A DNA stretch of 57,093 nucleotides, taken from contig CAZBGZ010000005.1 of assembly GCA_964491925.1 (NCBI GenBank), forward strand, positions 1 to 57,093. Reading direction: 5' to 3'. Under the pieces are notes generated by a model, which made no database searches, had not been told where the DNA came from, and saw only the letters and a program-made list of their open reading frames with translations. Both the position numbers and the translations under genes were made by a program. This DNA comes from an uncultured Candidatus Saccharibacteria bacterium. GTDB lineage: Bacteria > Patescibacteriota > Saccharimonadia > Saccharimonadales > JAGQNJ01. Shown here in pieces: positions 1 to 9,828 of this stretch. Position 1 is the first letter of the stretch, and each line of letters opens with the position of its first letter.

Positions 1-1
1 C

Positions 2-76
2 TGGCAGGGGCACGTGGAATCGAACCACGATCTAGGGTTTTGGAGACCCTTATACTAGCCGTTGTACTATGCCCCT
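2..76 (-). tRNA. tRNA-Trp (CCA)
   Basis: Reverse complement AGGGGCATAG...AGGGT-CTCCAAA-ACCCT...GGTTCGATTCC...TGCCCCTGCCA folds as a cloverleaf with anticodon CCA and an encoded 3' CCA. Confidence 0.95.
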
Positions 77-183
77 ATAAGAAATGCACATAGAAACTAG
101 ATATATAATACAGTATTTTATCCCTGTTTGTGTTCAAAAAGTCCAGTTTCTAAAATAATTGAGCCTAGTATACAATAGTAGCG

Positions 184-834
184 ATGGCAAAGATTAACTT
201 ATCAAAACCAATTTTATTAATTATGCATGGATTCCCCGGTTCTGGGAAAACGCACTTTGCAAGACAGCTCAGCGATTCAATAAGAGCTGCCCATATAAAC
301 AGCGATCGCATCAGAGGAGAGCTATTCGAAAAACCCGGATACGATACAGAAGAAAACCAGGTTGTCGAGCATTTAATGATGTACATGGCTGAAGAGTTTC
401 TGAGTCTTGGTGTTAGTGTTATATACGACAATGATGCTCTGGGCCCAAAACGCAGAAAACTACTAGAAGAATTGGCCAAAAGACATCATTCAGTACCCCT
501 TTTATTATGGTTCCAAATCGATCGTGATACAGCCTATCATAGAACAATCAAGCGAGACAGACGAAGAATTGATGATAAATACGCTCGCACCTACACTAAA
601 CAAAGTTTTGACGCATACATAACAAGTATGCAAAATCCAAAGTCAAGTGAAGAATACATAGTGCTCAGCGGGAAACACTCATTTCAAATGCAGCGCAGCG
701 CACTAGTGAAGCGTCTGTACGACCATAATCTTATTAGCGCAGATACCGCGTCTTCGAATGTAATAAAGCCTGGCATGGTGAATCTAGTCCCGGGTCGCGA
801 AGATTTATTACACAGAAACATCAGGATTCGCTAG
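184..834 (+). CDS. P-loop kinase, AAA_33/polynucleotide-kinase-like
   Basis: Walker A GFPGSGKT, INSDRIR, VIYD motifs. Confidence 0.8.
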   Translation: MAKINLSKPILLIMHGFPGSGKTHFARQLSDSIRAAHINSDRIRGELFEKPGYDTEENQVVEHLMMYMAEEFLSLGVSVIYDNDALGPKRRKLLEELAKRHHSVPLLLWFQIDRDTAYHRTIKRDRRRIDDKYARTYTKQSFDAYITSMQNPKSSEEYIVLSGKHSFQMQRSALVKRLYDHNLISADTASSNVIKPGMVNLVPGREDLLHRNIRIR

Positions 835-842
835 TACTATCT

Positions 843-1541
843 ATGCCTATTAGAATTCGGGAAGTTTCAGGTCTGGGGCCAGTTAGTTTTCAAAAACACA
901 AAAAATCGAGGTCTATAAAGCTACATATCCAGGGGAGTAAAATAAAAGTTACATTACCCTGTGGTGTACCCTATATTGTTGCAGAAAAGTACCTATTAAC
1001 AAAAAAAGATTGGGTCCTAAGAAATTTATTAAAAGAGGTTATTATAACGAACGGTAGTTATATTGGGAAAAACCATCAGATAGTTTTTTCAGACAAAACT
1101 ACGGACAAATTATCAACCAGGGTAACGTCAAACAAAATTATTGTATACAAGGGCGCCAATACTAATACTTCTTCAGCTGAGAATCAAAGCATTATCCGTT
1201 CGGCATGCGAGAGAGCCTTAAAAAAAGAAACACAAGAAATTATCCTACCAAGGCTACACGATATGGCTCTAGAAAACGGATTTTTTGTTAAAAATGTTTT
1301 TACAAAAAAACTCCGTAGTCGATGGGGGAGTTGTGACTCAAGTAAAAATATAACTCTTAATATCTTCTTATCACAACTGCCATGGAGACTTGTCGAGTAT
1401 GTTATTGTTCACGAACTTGCACATACAAAACATCTCAATCATAGTCCTACGTTCTGGCAAGAGGTTGAATCCGTTTTACCAGATTACAAACTCCTTCGCA
1501 AAGAGATTAAAGCATTTTCTCCAAATATTATTAACTCCTAA
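843..1541 (+). CDS. YgjP/M48-like zinc metalloprotease (DUF45)
   Basis: SRWGSC and YVIVHELAH..HLNHS..FW motifs. Confidence 0.9.
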   Translation: MPIRIREVSGLGPVSFQKHKKSRSIKLHIQGSKIKVTLPCGVPYIVAEKYLLTKKDWVLRNLLKEVIITNGSYIGKNHQIVFSDKTTDKLSTRVTSNKIIVYKGANTNTSSAENQSIIRSACERALKKETQEIILPRLHDMALENGFFVKNVFTKKLRSRWGSCDSSKNITLNIFLSQLPWRLVEYVIVHELAHTKHLNHSPTFWQEVESVLPDYKLLRKEIKAFSPNIINS

Positions 1542-1568
1542 TTAACGCTTATGGCATAATGTAGTTAT

Positions 1569-2678
1569 ATGCATCCAAAAGTTAAGAATCTAATCCCTCT
1601 ATCAAAAACCGCAGAGGTGGAACATGAACGCCTTACCAGTCTAATTAACAGTATGGGCGATGGTGTGATCGCAATTGATGAAAAACAAAAGATTGTGACT
1701 TATAACGGTGCGGCTCTTAACATACTTGATCTGAATAGTTCTATAAACGGAAAATCGTTGCCCGCAATCATGGAAATCATTGATAAAAATAATCAAAGTG
1801 TCGATTTGAAAAAGCTGATAGAAGCTGCTTCGACACCAACTTTCAGCAGAGATTATCGGCTACAATACCCTGACAAAAGCACAATTAACTTATATTTCAG
1901 TATAGCGCCAGTGCGCTTGGGTTACGGACAAAAAGGAGCACACGGACATGTAGTTCTTCTTCGCGATATTACCAGGGAGAAGTCTCTCGAAGAAGAACGG
2001 GATGAGTTCATAAGTGTGGTCAGTCACGAACTTCGCACCCCAATAGCTATTGCTGAGGGAAATATTAGCAATGCACAGATTGTTGCCAAGAAACAAGAGG
2101 ATTCAAAAGACATCAGTGATGCCTTAGAGAATGCTCACGACCAGATACTATTCTTAGGTGGGATGATAAACGACCTTTCTACACTTTCGAGAGCAGAAAG
2201 AGGAAAGCTAGCAGTGGATATTGAGGGGATTAATATACACAACCTGTTAAAAGGCTTGAAAAGCTTGTATAGACCTCAGGCCGTTGAAAAAAAACTAACA
2301 TTTAGCACGGAGATAGACCCAAAATTAGAGTTACTACAGTCTAGCCAACTCTATGTTCGCGAAATCTTGCAAAATTTTATCACAAACGCAATAAAATACA
2401 CTGAAAAAGGCGGTGTTACAATACGCGCCAAACAACACGAAAAAGGAGCAGAATTTACCGTTCAAGATACTGGCATTGGAATTAGCAAAGGCGATCAAGA
2501 AAAAGTTTTTGATAAGTTTTTTAGATCAGAAGATTACCGGACAAGAGAGAACACAGGTACTGGCCTGGGACTTTATGTAACTATGAAGTTGGCTAGATTA
2601 ATTCACGCAGAGATATCGATGGAAAGCGAGCTAGATAAAGGTTCTACGTTTAAAATAGTAATACCTAATTTGAAGTAG
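1569..2678 (+). CDS. Cytoplasmic PAS-domain sensor histidine kinase
   Basis: PAS-like N-terminus, H-box SHELRTP, N-box NAIKYT, G boxes DTGIGI and GTGLGL; no TM segment; no response regulator in the window. Confidence 0.92.
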   Translation: MHPKVKNLIPLSKTAEVEHERLTSLINSMGDGVIAIDEKQKIVTYNGAALNILDLNSSINGKSLPAIMEIIDKNNQSVDLKKLIEAASTPTFSRDYRLQYPDKSTINLYFSIAPVRLGYGQKGAHGHVVLLRDITREKSLEEERDEFISVVSHELRTPIAIAEGNISNAQIVAKKQEDSKDISDALENAHDQILFLGGMINDLSTLSRAERGKLAVDIEGINIHNLLKGLKSLYRPQAVEKKLTFSTEIDPKLELLQSSQLYVREILQNFITNAIKYTEKGGVTIRAKQHEKGAEFTVQDTGIGISKGDQEKVFDKFFRSEDYRTRENTGTGLGLYVTMKLARLIHAEISMESELDKGSTFKIVIPNLK

Positions 2679-2680
2679 TG

Positions 2681-2710
2681 TTGACTTTTATAAGCCACCT
2701 CTGGTACTAT
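2681..2710 (+). promoter_or_regulatory. Putative sigma70 promoter of secE-nusG
   Basis: TTGACT-18 nt-TACTAT. Confidence 0.55.
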
Positions 2711-2720
2711 TGACACAGCG

Positions 2721-2746
2721 ACACATACATAACGTATGTGTTTTTT
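2721..2746 (+). terminator. Intrinsic terminator-like hairpin in the secE leader
   Basis: ACACATAC-ATAAC-GTATGTGT followed by a T run. Confidence 0.55.
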
Positions 2747-2766
2747 AATTGGAGCATCTACTGACA

Positions 2767-3162
2767 ATGGCAAAAAAATCAGAAATAAAATCGTTTAAAC
2801 CGGCTAAAACCTTACGCCAGACTACGCAAGATATTTCTAGCAACAAAGGTAAAAGAATCATAAAACAGTCGGCAAAAAAAATTGCAACTCCATTTAAACA
2901 TGCTAAAACAATCGGGAAAAAAGAGTATTATTTACCCCTTCCAAAACACAAAGTAAGCACTTTTTTGAATAAAAAACGTCGGGTTACACCCAGCTATTTT
3001 AGAAGTAGCTGGAAAGAAGTTAAAGAAGTATCGTGGCCGGACAGAAAAACAACAGCGAAGTTAACTATGGCGGTATTAGCTTTTGCTACTGTTTTTGGGG
3101 TTGCCATCGCAATCGTTGATTATGGGCTAGACAAGATATTTAAGGCATTATTACTACAGTAA
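2767..3162 (+). CDS. secE: Preprotein translocase subunit SecE
   Basis: SWKEVKEVSWPDRK plus C-terminal TM helix; directly upstream of nusG; start placed at ATG 2767 after GGAG. Confidence 0.9.
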   Translation: MAKKSEIKSFKPAKTLRQTTQDISSNKGKRIIKQSAKKIATPFKHAKTIGKKEYYLPLPKHKVSTFLNKKRRVTPSYFRSSWKEVKEVSWPDRKTTAKLTMAVLAFATVFGVAIAIVDYGLDKIFKALLLQ

Positions 3163-3171
3163 AGGAAATAT

Positions 3172-3714
3172 ATGAGCAAACGATACGATACAACAAAACA
3201 CTGGTATGCTATTCATACTTATAGTGGCTACGAGGAAAAAGTGGCGGTCAGCATTAGACAACGTGCTGAAAGTCTAGACATGAATGACAAAATCTTTCAG
3301 GTGCTAGTCCCCAAAGAGAAGATGATCGAAGTAAAAAACGGCAAACGCAAGGTAGTAGAAAAACGAATTTTTCAAGGCTACGTACTAGTTGAGATGAAAT
3401 TGACTGAAGATGCTTGGTACATTGTACGAAATACCCCTAACGTAACGGGATTTGTAGGTACAGGCACTGATCCAACCCCGGTCTCCGATGACGAAATCGA
3501 CAAGATTTTGAAGCGAATGGGCAAAGAAGATCCGAAACATAAAATGGACTTCAACATCGGCGAAGTCGTGAATATCATAGATGGACCATTCAAGGGCTTT
3601 GACGGCACAATCAACGACCTAGATGCACAGAAGGGCAAGCTGAAAGTCCTGGTCAACATGTTTGGACGTGAAACCCCAGTAGAACTTGATAGCTTGCAAG
3701 TCAAACGCGTATAA
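3172..3714 (+). CDS. nusG: Transcription termination/antitermination factor NusG
   Basis: WYAIHTYSGYE, GYVLVEM, KOW motif GPFKGFDG, FGRETPVEL. Confidence 0.98.
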   Translation: MSKRYDTTKHWYAIHTYSGYEEKVAVSIRQRAESLDMNDKIFQVLVPKEKMIEVKNGKRKVVEKRIFQGYVLVEMKLTEDAWYIVRNTPNVTGFVGTGTDPTPVSDDEIDKILKRMGKEDPKHKMDFNIGEVVNIIDGPFKGFDGTINDLDAQKGKLKVLVNMFGRETPVELDSLQVKRV

Positions 3715-3715
3715 A

Positions 3716-3955
3716 ATGATGCCAACCTCCGCGCTTGAACAAACCACTAACCCTAATGTAATCGAGCTGCACGATGAGGTTATGCAAGCATTGAGTCAAA
3801 CACCCCCAGATGCTCACGAAATTGGTCGTTTAGCCGGAAGAGCTCTAGTGAGAATTGAGGGAGCATTGAGCGAGTCGGATAGAGTTGCCTACACGGATGT
3901 CTACTGGATTGCTGAAGAGTATCTGGGAGAGTTCCACACTAGACAACAGGGGTAA
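3716..3955 (+). CDS. Hypothetical small acidic protein
   Basis: ORF starts 2 nt after the nusG stop; no recognisable motif. Confidence 0.5.
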   Translation: MMPTSALEQTTNPNVIELHDEVMQALSQTPPDAHEIGRLAGRALVRIEGALSESDRVAYTDVYWIAEEYLGEFHTRQQG

Positions 3956-4053
3956 AGTGTAGTAAACTACTTTAGTTACACACATTAATCCCTCAACGCT
4001 TCTTAATGAGGGAGAATAAAAGGGAAATGAGCGGCCCGGCTAAAATGGATTCA

Positions 4054-4092
4054 ATTTTGTCGGCGCTACAAGAAAACCGTAGGTTTGTCTTA
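4054..4092 (+). repeat. Dispersed intergenic repeat, copy 1 (ATTTTGYCGGCG...GAAAACCGYAGGTTTGTCTTA)
   Basis: Near-identical inverted copy at 17168-17207; partial copy at 15989-16010. Confidence 0.7.
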
Positions 4093-4111
4093 TACCCTGA
4101 AAGGCAATATT

Positions 4112-4537
4112 ATGGCAGAAAAGAAAATTACTGCGAATCTTAAAATGAAAATTCCAGCCGGCAAAGCCAGCGCTGGACCACCAGTAGGCTCAACATTGGG
4201 CCAGTATGGTGTAAATATGATGGATTTTGTTACACCTTTTAACGAGCAAACTCGTGACATGAAAGGGATCGTAACCGCCCACATCGCAATATACGAAGAT
4301 CGGTCAATGAAGTTCCGTGTAGTTGCACGTCCTACAGACGACCTAATTCGAGAAAAGTTAGGCATCCAAAAGGGTTCGGGTAAACCAAACAGTGAGAAGC
4401 TAGAACAGAAACTAACTGATGCACAGCTGACAGAAATAGCCGAAGAAAAGATGCAAGATATGAACGCCGATGACATAGAAGCCGTTAAAAAAATGGTCGC
4501 CGGCACTGCCCGCAGCATGGGCGTGGAGATAGCGTAA
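4112..4537 (+). CDS. rplK: 50S ribosomal protein L11
   Basis: PAGKASAGPPVGSTLGQYGVN and GTARSMGV motifs. Confidence 0.97.
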   Translation: MAEKKITANLKMKIPAGKASAGPPVGSTLGQYGVNMMDFVTPFNEQTRDMKGIVTAHIAIYEDRSMKFRVVARPTDDLIREKLGIQKGSGKPNSEKLEQKLTDAQLTEIAEEKMQDMNADDIEAVKKMVAGTARSMGVEIA

Positions 4538-4543
4538 ATAACA

Positions 4544-4945
4544 ATGGCCCGTATATACACACCTTATCAACAGTCCATAGACGATAAGGAGGTTTACACA
4601 AACCTCATGCGTGATATGTACGATGCTATCACGGCTGCAAGAATGCTAAAGTCATTAGTCGAGGGCAACTTACCTCTCATGCTTGAAGCTTTAGCGGAAA
4701 TTGATACAGAGGAAGCGGCAGTGTGCACTGAAAATGTTATCAGTGCTCTAGGATCGGTAGCAGCATCAATAGAAGAGCTGGTTTCAAAGGGCCTATGTCC
4801 ACCAGAAGTTCTTGGCTCCGCCGAATCACTTGCGCCAGGAGCTGTAGAGGCTACAGACACTGCAATTGAACCCAAAGGGACTTTCGAAGTATATACAGGG
4901 TTTATTACTGGTGACAATAATCATGTTGGGCCTGGGTGCGATTAG
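4544..4945 (+). CDS. Hypothetical acidic protein between rplK and rplA
   Basis: 133-aa ORF filling the rplK-rplA gap; no motif recognised. Confidence 0.6.
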   Translation: MARIYTPYQQSIDDKEVYTNLMRDMYDAITAARMLKSLVEGNLPLMLEALAEIDTEEAAVCTENVISALGSVAASIEELVSKGLCPPEVLGSAESLAPGAVEATDTAIEPKGTFEVYTGFITGDNNHVGPGCD

Positions 4946-4960
4946 ATAATTAACTAAATT

Positions 4961-4993
4961 GTGGGAGGCGTCTAGAAACGCCGTTATTACCAC
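4961..4993 (+). promoter_or_regulatory. L1-binding autoregulatory RNA leader upstream of rplA
   Basis: GTGGGAGGCG-TCTAGAAA-CGCCGTTATTACCAC resembles the known L1 mRNA site (GUGGGAGG...CC...UACCAC) and lies right before the rplA RBS. Confidence 0.75.
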
Positions 4994-5006
4994 GAGGGAG
5001 AAAAAC

Positions 5007-5999
5007 ATGGCTGAAGCCAAGAAAACGACATCAAAGAAATCGGTAAAGAAAACGCCGGAAGAGGAGAAAGCTATTCTTGAATCTATTAAAAAAGCTGATG
5101 CTGAAATAGTTGAAAAGGAAGCCAAAGAAATCGTTGAAGAAGATAAAGCTGAAGTCGTAGTCAAAAAAGCCGGCAAACATAGCGCAAAAGCTATCAAAGA
5201 AGCAGGAGAAAAGGAAGCCAAAGAAGAAAGGAAGAAAACTTCAACAGCACAAACTCCAAAGGATGAAGTTTCGGCAGTCAAGAAAACCGTAAAGCCAACT
5301 CGAAGTCGCTTAGAACGTCGTAGCAAAGGTTACAAAAAAGTTGCCGAGTTAATCGAAAAAGATAAAGAGTATAACCTGGCTGAGGCAGTAGAACTAGCTC
5401 TAAAGACTAACAGCGTCAAATTTGATGCGGCAGTAGAACTACACGTTCGTTTGAATGTAGACCCTAAACATGCGGACCAAAACATTCGCGATAACGTTGT
5501 ATTGCCTGCTGGAACAGGAAAAACAGTCAGGGTGGCTGTATTCGCCGACGAAGACGATGTCAAAAAAGCGAAGGCAGCCGGTGCTGACATTGCTGGCGGA
5601 GAAGAGTTTTTGCAACAGTTAGACAACGGAGAAATCAACTTTGATGTTCTTGTAGCTACTCCAAAAGTTATGGCTAGATTAGGAAAATACGCCCGTATAT
5701 TGGGACCAAAAGGCCTGATGCCTAACCCAAAAAGTGGTACCGTAGCAGCCGATGTTGCGAAAGCCGTTAAAGAGGCGAAAGCCGGAAAAGTAGAGTACCG
5801 CGTCGACAGCACCGGAATCGTGCACCTAGGAATAGGTAAAGTTAGCTTCAAGGCTACTGATGTTATAACAAACGCTCAAGCAGTGCTATCAAGTATAAAG
5901 ACTGCAAAGCCCACATCTGTAAAAGGCCAATACGTCCAAAGTATCTACTTGACTACGACTATGGGACCTAGCGTCAAAATCCAACCATCTGAGTTATAA
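5007..5999 (+). CDS. rplA: 50S ribosomal protein L1 with ~100-aa Lys/Glu-rich N-terminal extension
   Basis: KFDAAVELHVRL, ILGPKGLMPNPKSGTV, TTMGPSVK; ATG 5007 follows GAGGGAG. Confidence 0.97.
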   Translation: MAEAKKTTSKKSVKKTPEEEKAILESIKKADAEIVEKEAKEIVEEDKAEVVVKKAGKHSAKAIKEAGEKEAKEERKKTSTAQTPKDEVSAVKKTVKPTRSRLERRSKGYKKVAELIEKDKEYNLAEAVELALKTNSVKFDAAVELHVRLNVDPKHADQNIRDNVVLPAGTGKTVRVAVFADEDDVKKAKAAGADIAGGEEFLQQLDNGEINFDVLVATPKVMARLGKYARILGPKGLMPNPKSGTVAADVAKAVKEAKAGKVEYRVDSTGIVHLGIGKVSFKATDVITNAQAVLSSIKTAKPTSVKGQYVQSIYLTTTMGPSVKIQPSEL

Positions 6000-6009
6000 T
6001 TACTCACAA

Positions 6010-6654
6010 ATGGCTCAAACAAAAGGACTAATAGTTGCGTTTGATGGACCTGATGGAGTTGGCAAGTCGACTCAGGTCGAGTTAACTGCTGCTTGGCTCC
6101 GTTCATTAGGCCACAAGGTGCATACTGCACGTGCATCTGGTGGGACGCCAATTGGAGAGGAACTACGCAAAGCCTCACTTTCTGATCACACCAGACCTGC
6201 TGAAGTTGATGTGTACATATCACTGGCTATGCATACAGCGCTTGGGCTAGATATTCAAAAACGTATCAGCAATGGTCAAATTTGCCTACTTGACCGTAGT
6301 CCACTAGCAATACTCGCCTACAATACAGCCGGCAGCCAATTAAAAGACCGATCGATGGGCTACGACGCCATGGATAAAATGCTCGCGCTCTGGGGTATAA
6401 ACGTTTTATTTTTATTTGAAGCAGACCAGCAAATCGTCAATGCCCGCCGTAAAGCAAGATTAGACAAACCGGCAGATTTTTACGAAAAGCAAAACTCTGC
6501 TTACCATGAACGTGTTAGGCAGGGCTATATGGAGGCAAAAGTCTTCCTAAACAAAAACCCTAGTCTAGCAGGGAGAGTAGTTGTCATTGATGCGGAACCA
6601 CCCGTTGACGAGATACAAAAAACAATCGAGAAACATCTTCAAAAGATGTTGTAA
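6010..6654 (+). CDS. tmk: Thymidylate kinase
   Basis: AFDGPDGVGKSTQ, GGTPIGEELR, LLDRS. Confidence 0.9.
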   Translation: MAQTKGLIVAFDGPDGVGKSTQVELTAAWLRSLGHKVHTARASGGTPIGEELRKASLSDHTRPAEVDVYISLAMHTALGLDIQKRISNGQICLLDRSPLAILAYNTAGSQLKDRSMGYDAMDKMLALWGINVLFLFEADQQIVNARRKARLDKPADFYEKQNSAYHERVRQGYMEAKVFLNKNPSLAGRVVVIDAEPPVDEIQKTIEKHLQKML

Positions 6655-6718
6655 TTAACATTTTCTGCTTGAGCTTACACCTGTAAAACCGTACAATATC
6701 TAATGAAAAGAGGGATTA

Positions 6719-7423
6719 GTGTCGGTATACAGCAATACACAAATAAAGCAAGCAATCCATTATGGGCATATTGTTTTTCACCCTTATAACGAAAAGCATA
6801 TTGCTGGTAGTAGTGTCGATGTGACACTTGGTCATTATTATTACAGAACAGAAAGAGCCAAAGACCACCCGATATACAACCCATTTGATGAAGCTGATGT
6901 TAAACGTTATTTTGAAGGCGCCTTGAAAGCAGTTTCCCAAAAAATTTGGTGCGATGAAAATGGGATAAAACCGCTGAAAGGAATTCCCCTTAACCATCCC
7001 GTAATCCCTATTCACCCGGGAGAGAGAATACTAGCTCACACACACGAGTTTATTGGCATAAAGGCACCAGGAACCAGCACGATGCAGGCAAGGAGCACAT
7101 GGGGCCGGAACGGGATTGCAGTATGCTTAGACGCGGGTTGGGGAGACCCAGGTTATATCAACCGTTGGACGATGGAAATCTATAACATGAACCAATACGA
7201 AACTGTACTTTTGCCGGTTGGTGAACGAATTGCCCAAATGGTTTTCTACGATACAGGGCCTGTGGACAGCGAATACAAGAAACTGAGCGGAAAATACCAG
7301 ACTGACGACAGCCTTGACCTAAATATGATCATTAAGAACTGGCGACCTGAACACATGCTGCCCCGCGCTTTTAATGACACGCGTTTGATGCCTCCTAAAA
7401 TTACCGGGCTAAAAGGAGACTAA
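6719..7423 (+). CDS. dcd: dCTP deaminase
   Basis: SSVDVTLG, LAHTHE, ARSTWGR, AGWGDPGY, TMEIYN, RIAQMVF. Confidence 0.93.
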   Translation: MSVYSNTQIKQAIHYGHIVFHPYNEKHIAGSSVDVTLGHYYYRTERAKDHPIYNPFDEADVKRYFEGALKAVSQKIWCDENGIKPLKGIPLNHPVIPIHPGERILAHTHEFIGIKAPGTSTMQARSTWGRNGIAVCLDAGWGDPGYINRWTMEIYNMNQYETVLLPVGERIAQMVFYDTGPVDSEYKKLSGKYQTDDSLDLNMIIKNWRPEHMLPRAFNDTRLMPPKITGLKGD

Positions 7424-7424
7424 T

Positions 7425-9773
7425 ATGAACCCGACTACAGATGTAGCGGGTGGGAGCGCAGAAAGACAAAGAAAGGGTGTTTTTTTGGTTATTGAAGGCA
7501 CGGATGGTTCTGGTAAAGGCACCCAATTTGATATGCTCAAAAAGCAACTAGTCGATGATGGTTACAATATTGCTTGTTTTGACTTTCCTCGTTATGATCA
7601 GCCGTCAAGTTTTTTCGTTCGAGAGTATTTGAACGGTAAGTATGGCACCGCTGATCAAGTCGGGCCATACACAGCATCGTTATTTTATGCGCTAGACAGG
7701 TACGAAACCGCTCAGGAGATCCAAGCAGCACTCGACGATGGAAAGATTGTGCTTGCGAATCGTTTTACCGGCTCAAACATGGCGCACCAGGGTACTAAGT
7801 TTTCAAACCCAGAAGAACGCCGCGGATATTTTATCTGGATAGACAACCTTGAATTTCAGATGTTAGGAATACCACGACCGAATATAAGTATAGTCCTACG
7901 GGTACCTGCTGAGACAGCCCAAAAACTAGTGGATAATAAAGAAACTCGAACGTACACCGATAAAAAACGTGATATTCATGAAGCGGATCTCGGCCATCTC
8001 AAAAGATCCGTCGAGGTCTACGATGATCTATGTGAGCTTTTTCCAAAAGATTTTACTAGGATTGACTGTGTGCGTGGTGGAAACCTTTTGGATATTGAAA
8101 CCATTAGCAAACTTATAAAGGAAAAAATAACCCCTATGTTGCCCCCAAAACAGAAGCCAAACCCCAAATCAAAAAAACCTGCTAAAAAAATCAATCCGTA
8201 CGTAAAAAAGACAGATTCTGGTTACGAGATTACGGAGGCTGGGCACCATCTCTTAGATTCCGCCATAACCAACACTACTGGGGATGTGTACGCATTCACA
8301 GGAGAAACCCTAACACCTGTTACGGCGGCGGCGGCAATGGCTAGGCTGTCGCGTCGTGGTGATGATATGCGAATAACGGTTTTAGACGAGTTTACTCAAG
8401 ATATGGGCAAGGATTCTAACCTGCTTCATAGAGTCATCACCGCGTATGGCGATGATTCGGTTCAGCAGTTAGTTGGTCAGCACATCGTGGTAGAGAACGC
8501 GTCTAACTTACTTACAAAGAAACTGGAGTGGGGCAGACTTGCGTCATATCTAGAGCAATCAACTAGATATATATTTTTTGACGAGAAAGACAAATATGGA
8601 AAATACAAATATTTTACGCCGCGTCAGTTTGACGATGCTACCACAAAACTATACGAAGAAAAGATTAACCGGATATTTGATCTATATTCCGAAATGGTAC
8701 ACAAATTAACTGATCATGTTCGTACAAACTCATCTGTACCAGAAAACGAGCGAGATGGTGCCTGGAAAGGCGCTACACGCGCCCAGGCCTGCGATGCAAT
8801 TAGGGCTGTTTTGCCAGTTGCTACAAAGGCTACTGTTGGTATTTTTGCCTCAGGCCAAGCGTTAGAGAGCCTGATTATGCACCTGCAGAGTGAAGAATTA
8901 CTTGAAATGCGTGATACCGGGGACAAAGTCCTTGCAGAGGCGCGGAAAGTTATTCCGGCTTTCCTGGAACGTGCTGATAAGCCTGACCGCGGAGGGGCAC
9001 TTATTGCCTATCGAGCAAATACTAGATCTGCCGTTCAAAAACTAGCCGAGTCCTATCTGCCAAAACATCATGACGTTGAATCCGAGGCTGTAAAACTGAC
9101 AGATTATTGGCCAAAGAACGAGCTTGACCTGGTCGCGGATATCTTGTACGAACACGGCAACACCTCGCTAGAGTCTATACGAAAAGAAGTGTTTAGCTGG
9201 CCATACGAACGCCGAGAAGAGGTCCTGAAAACCTACATGGGAGAGCGACTCAATAGACGTCATCGGCCTGGCAGAGCGCTCGAGAAGGCGCATTATAGTT
9301 GGGATTTAGTTTGCGACTATGGTATTTTCCGCGACTTACAACGACATAGAATAGTGGACGACCTAGAGTGGCAGCTGTTGACCCCTCGTTATGGATACGA
9401 AGTCCCGCCGCTCGTAGATGAAGCTGGCCTAACAGAACTATTTGAGGAGTGTTTTGACATCAGTCTAGGACTATACAGCGACCTGCAAGCGGCCGGATAC
9501 CACCTTGAGGCTCAATATGCGACGCTACTAGGCCATAAGATGCGCTGGAAAGTCACATATAACGCGAGAGAAGCATTCCACCTACACGAACTCCGCACTA
9601 GCCCCCAGGGTCATCCTGGATACCGCAAGCTAGTCCAGGAAATGCACGAAAAACTAGCCGAAGTACACCCGTTACTGGCTGAATCAATGAAGTTTGTGAA
9701 TCAAGGCGAAGACGAAGAACTAACCAGATTAGCCGCCGAACGCTATACCCAATACAAATTGAGCCAGTTATAA
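7425..9773 (+). CDS. thyX: Thymidylate kinase fused to tandem-domain FAD-dependent thymidylate synthase
   Basis: N-terminal IEGTDGSGKGTQ/ANRF kinase domain; C-terminal ThyX motifs EQSTRY, FRDLQRHR, LHELRT. Confidence 0.92.
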   Translation: MNPTTDVAGGSAERQRKGVFLVIEGTDGSGKGTQFDMLKKQLVDDGYNIACFDFPRYDQPSSFFVREYLNGKYGTADQVGPYTASLFYALDRYETAQEIQAALDDGKIVLANRFTGSNMAHQGTKFSNPEERRGYFIWIDNLEFQMLGIPRPNISIVLRVPAETAQKLVDNKETRTYTDKKRDIHEADLGHLKRSVEVYDDLCELFPKDFTRIDCVRGGNLLDIETISKLIKEKITPMLPPKQKPNPKSKKPAKKINPYVKKTDSGYEITEAGHHLLDSAITNTTGDVYAFTGETLTPVTAAAAMARLSRRGDDMRITVLDEFTQDMGKDSNLLHRVITAYGDDSVQQLVGQHIVVENASNLLTKKLEWGRLASYLEQSTRYIFFDEKDKYGKYKYFTPRQFDDATTKLYEEKINRIFDLYSEMVHKLTDHVRTNSSVPENERDGAWKGATRAQACDAIRAVLPVATKATVGIFASGQALESLIMHLQSEELLEMRDTGDKVLAEARKVIPAFLERADKPDRGGALIAYRANTRSAVQKLAESYLPKHHDVESEAVKLTDYWPKNELDLVADILYEHGNTSLESIRKEVFSWPYERREEVLKTYMGERLNRRHRPGRALEKAHYSWDLVCDYGIFRDLQRHRIVDDLEWQLLTPRYGYEVPPLVDEAGLTELFEECFDISLGLYSDLQAAGYHLEAQYATLLGHKMRWKVTYNAREAFHLHELRTSPQGHPGYRKLVQEMHEKLAEVHPLLAESMKFVNQGEDEELTRLAAERYTQYKLSQL

Positions 9774-9828
9774 GAACGGATTTGTTTTATCTATTGACTT
9801 ATATGTCGTTATCTGATAAAATATTAGT

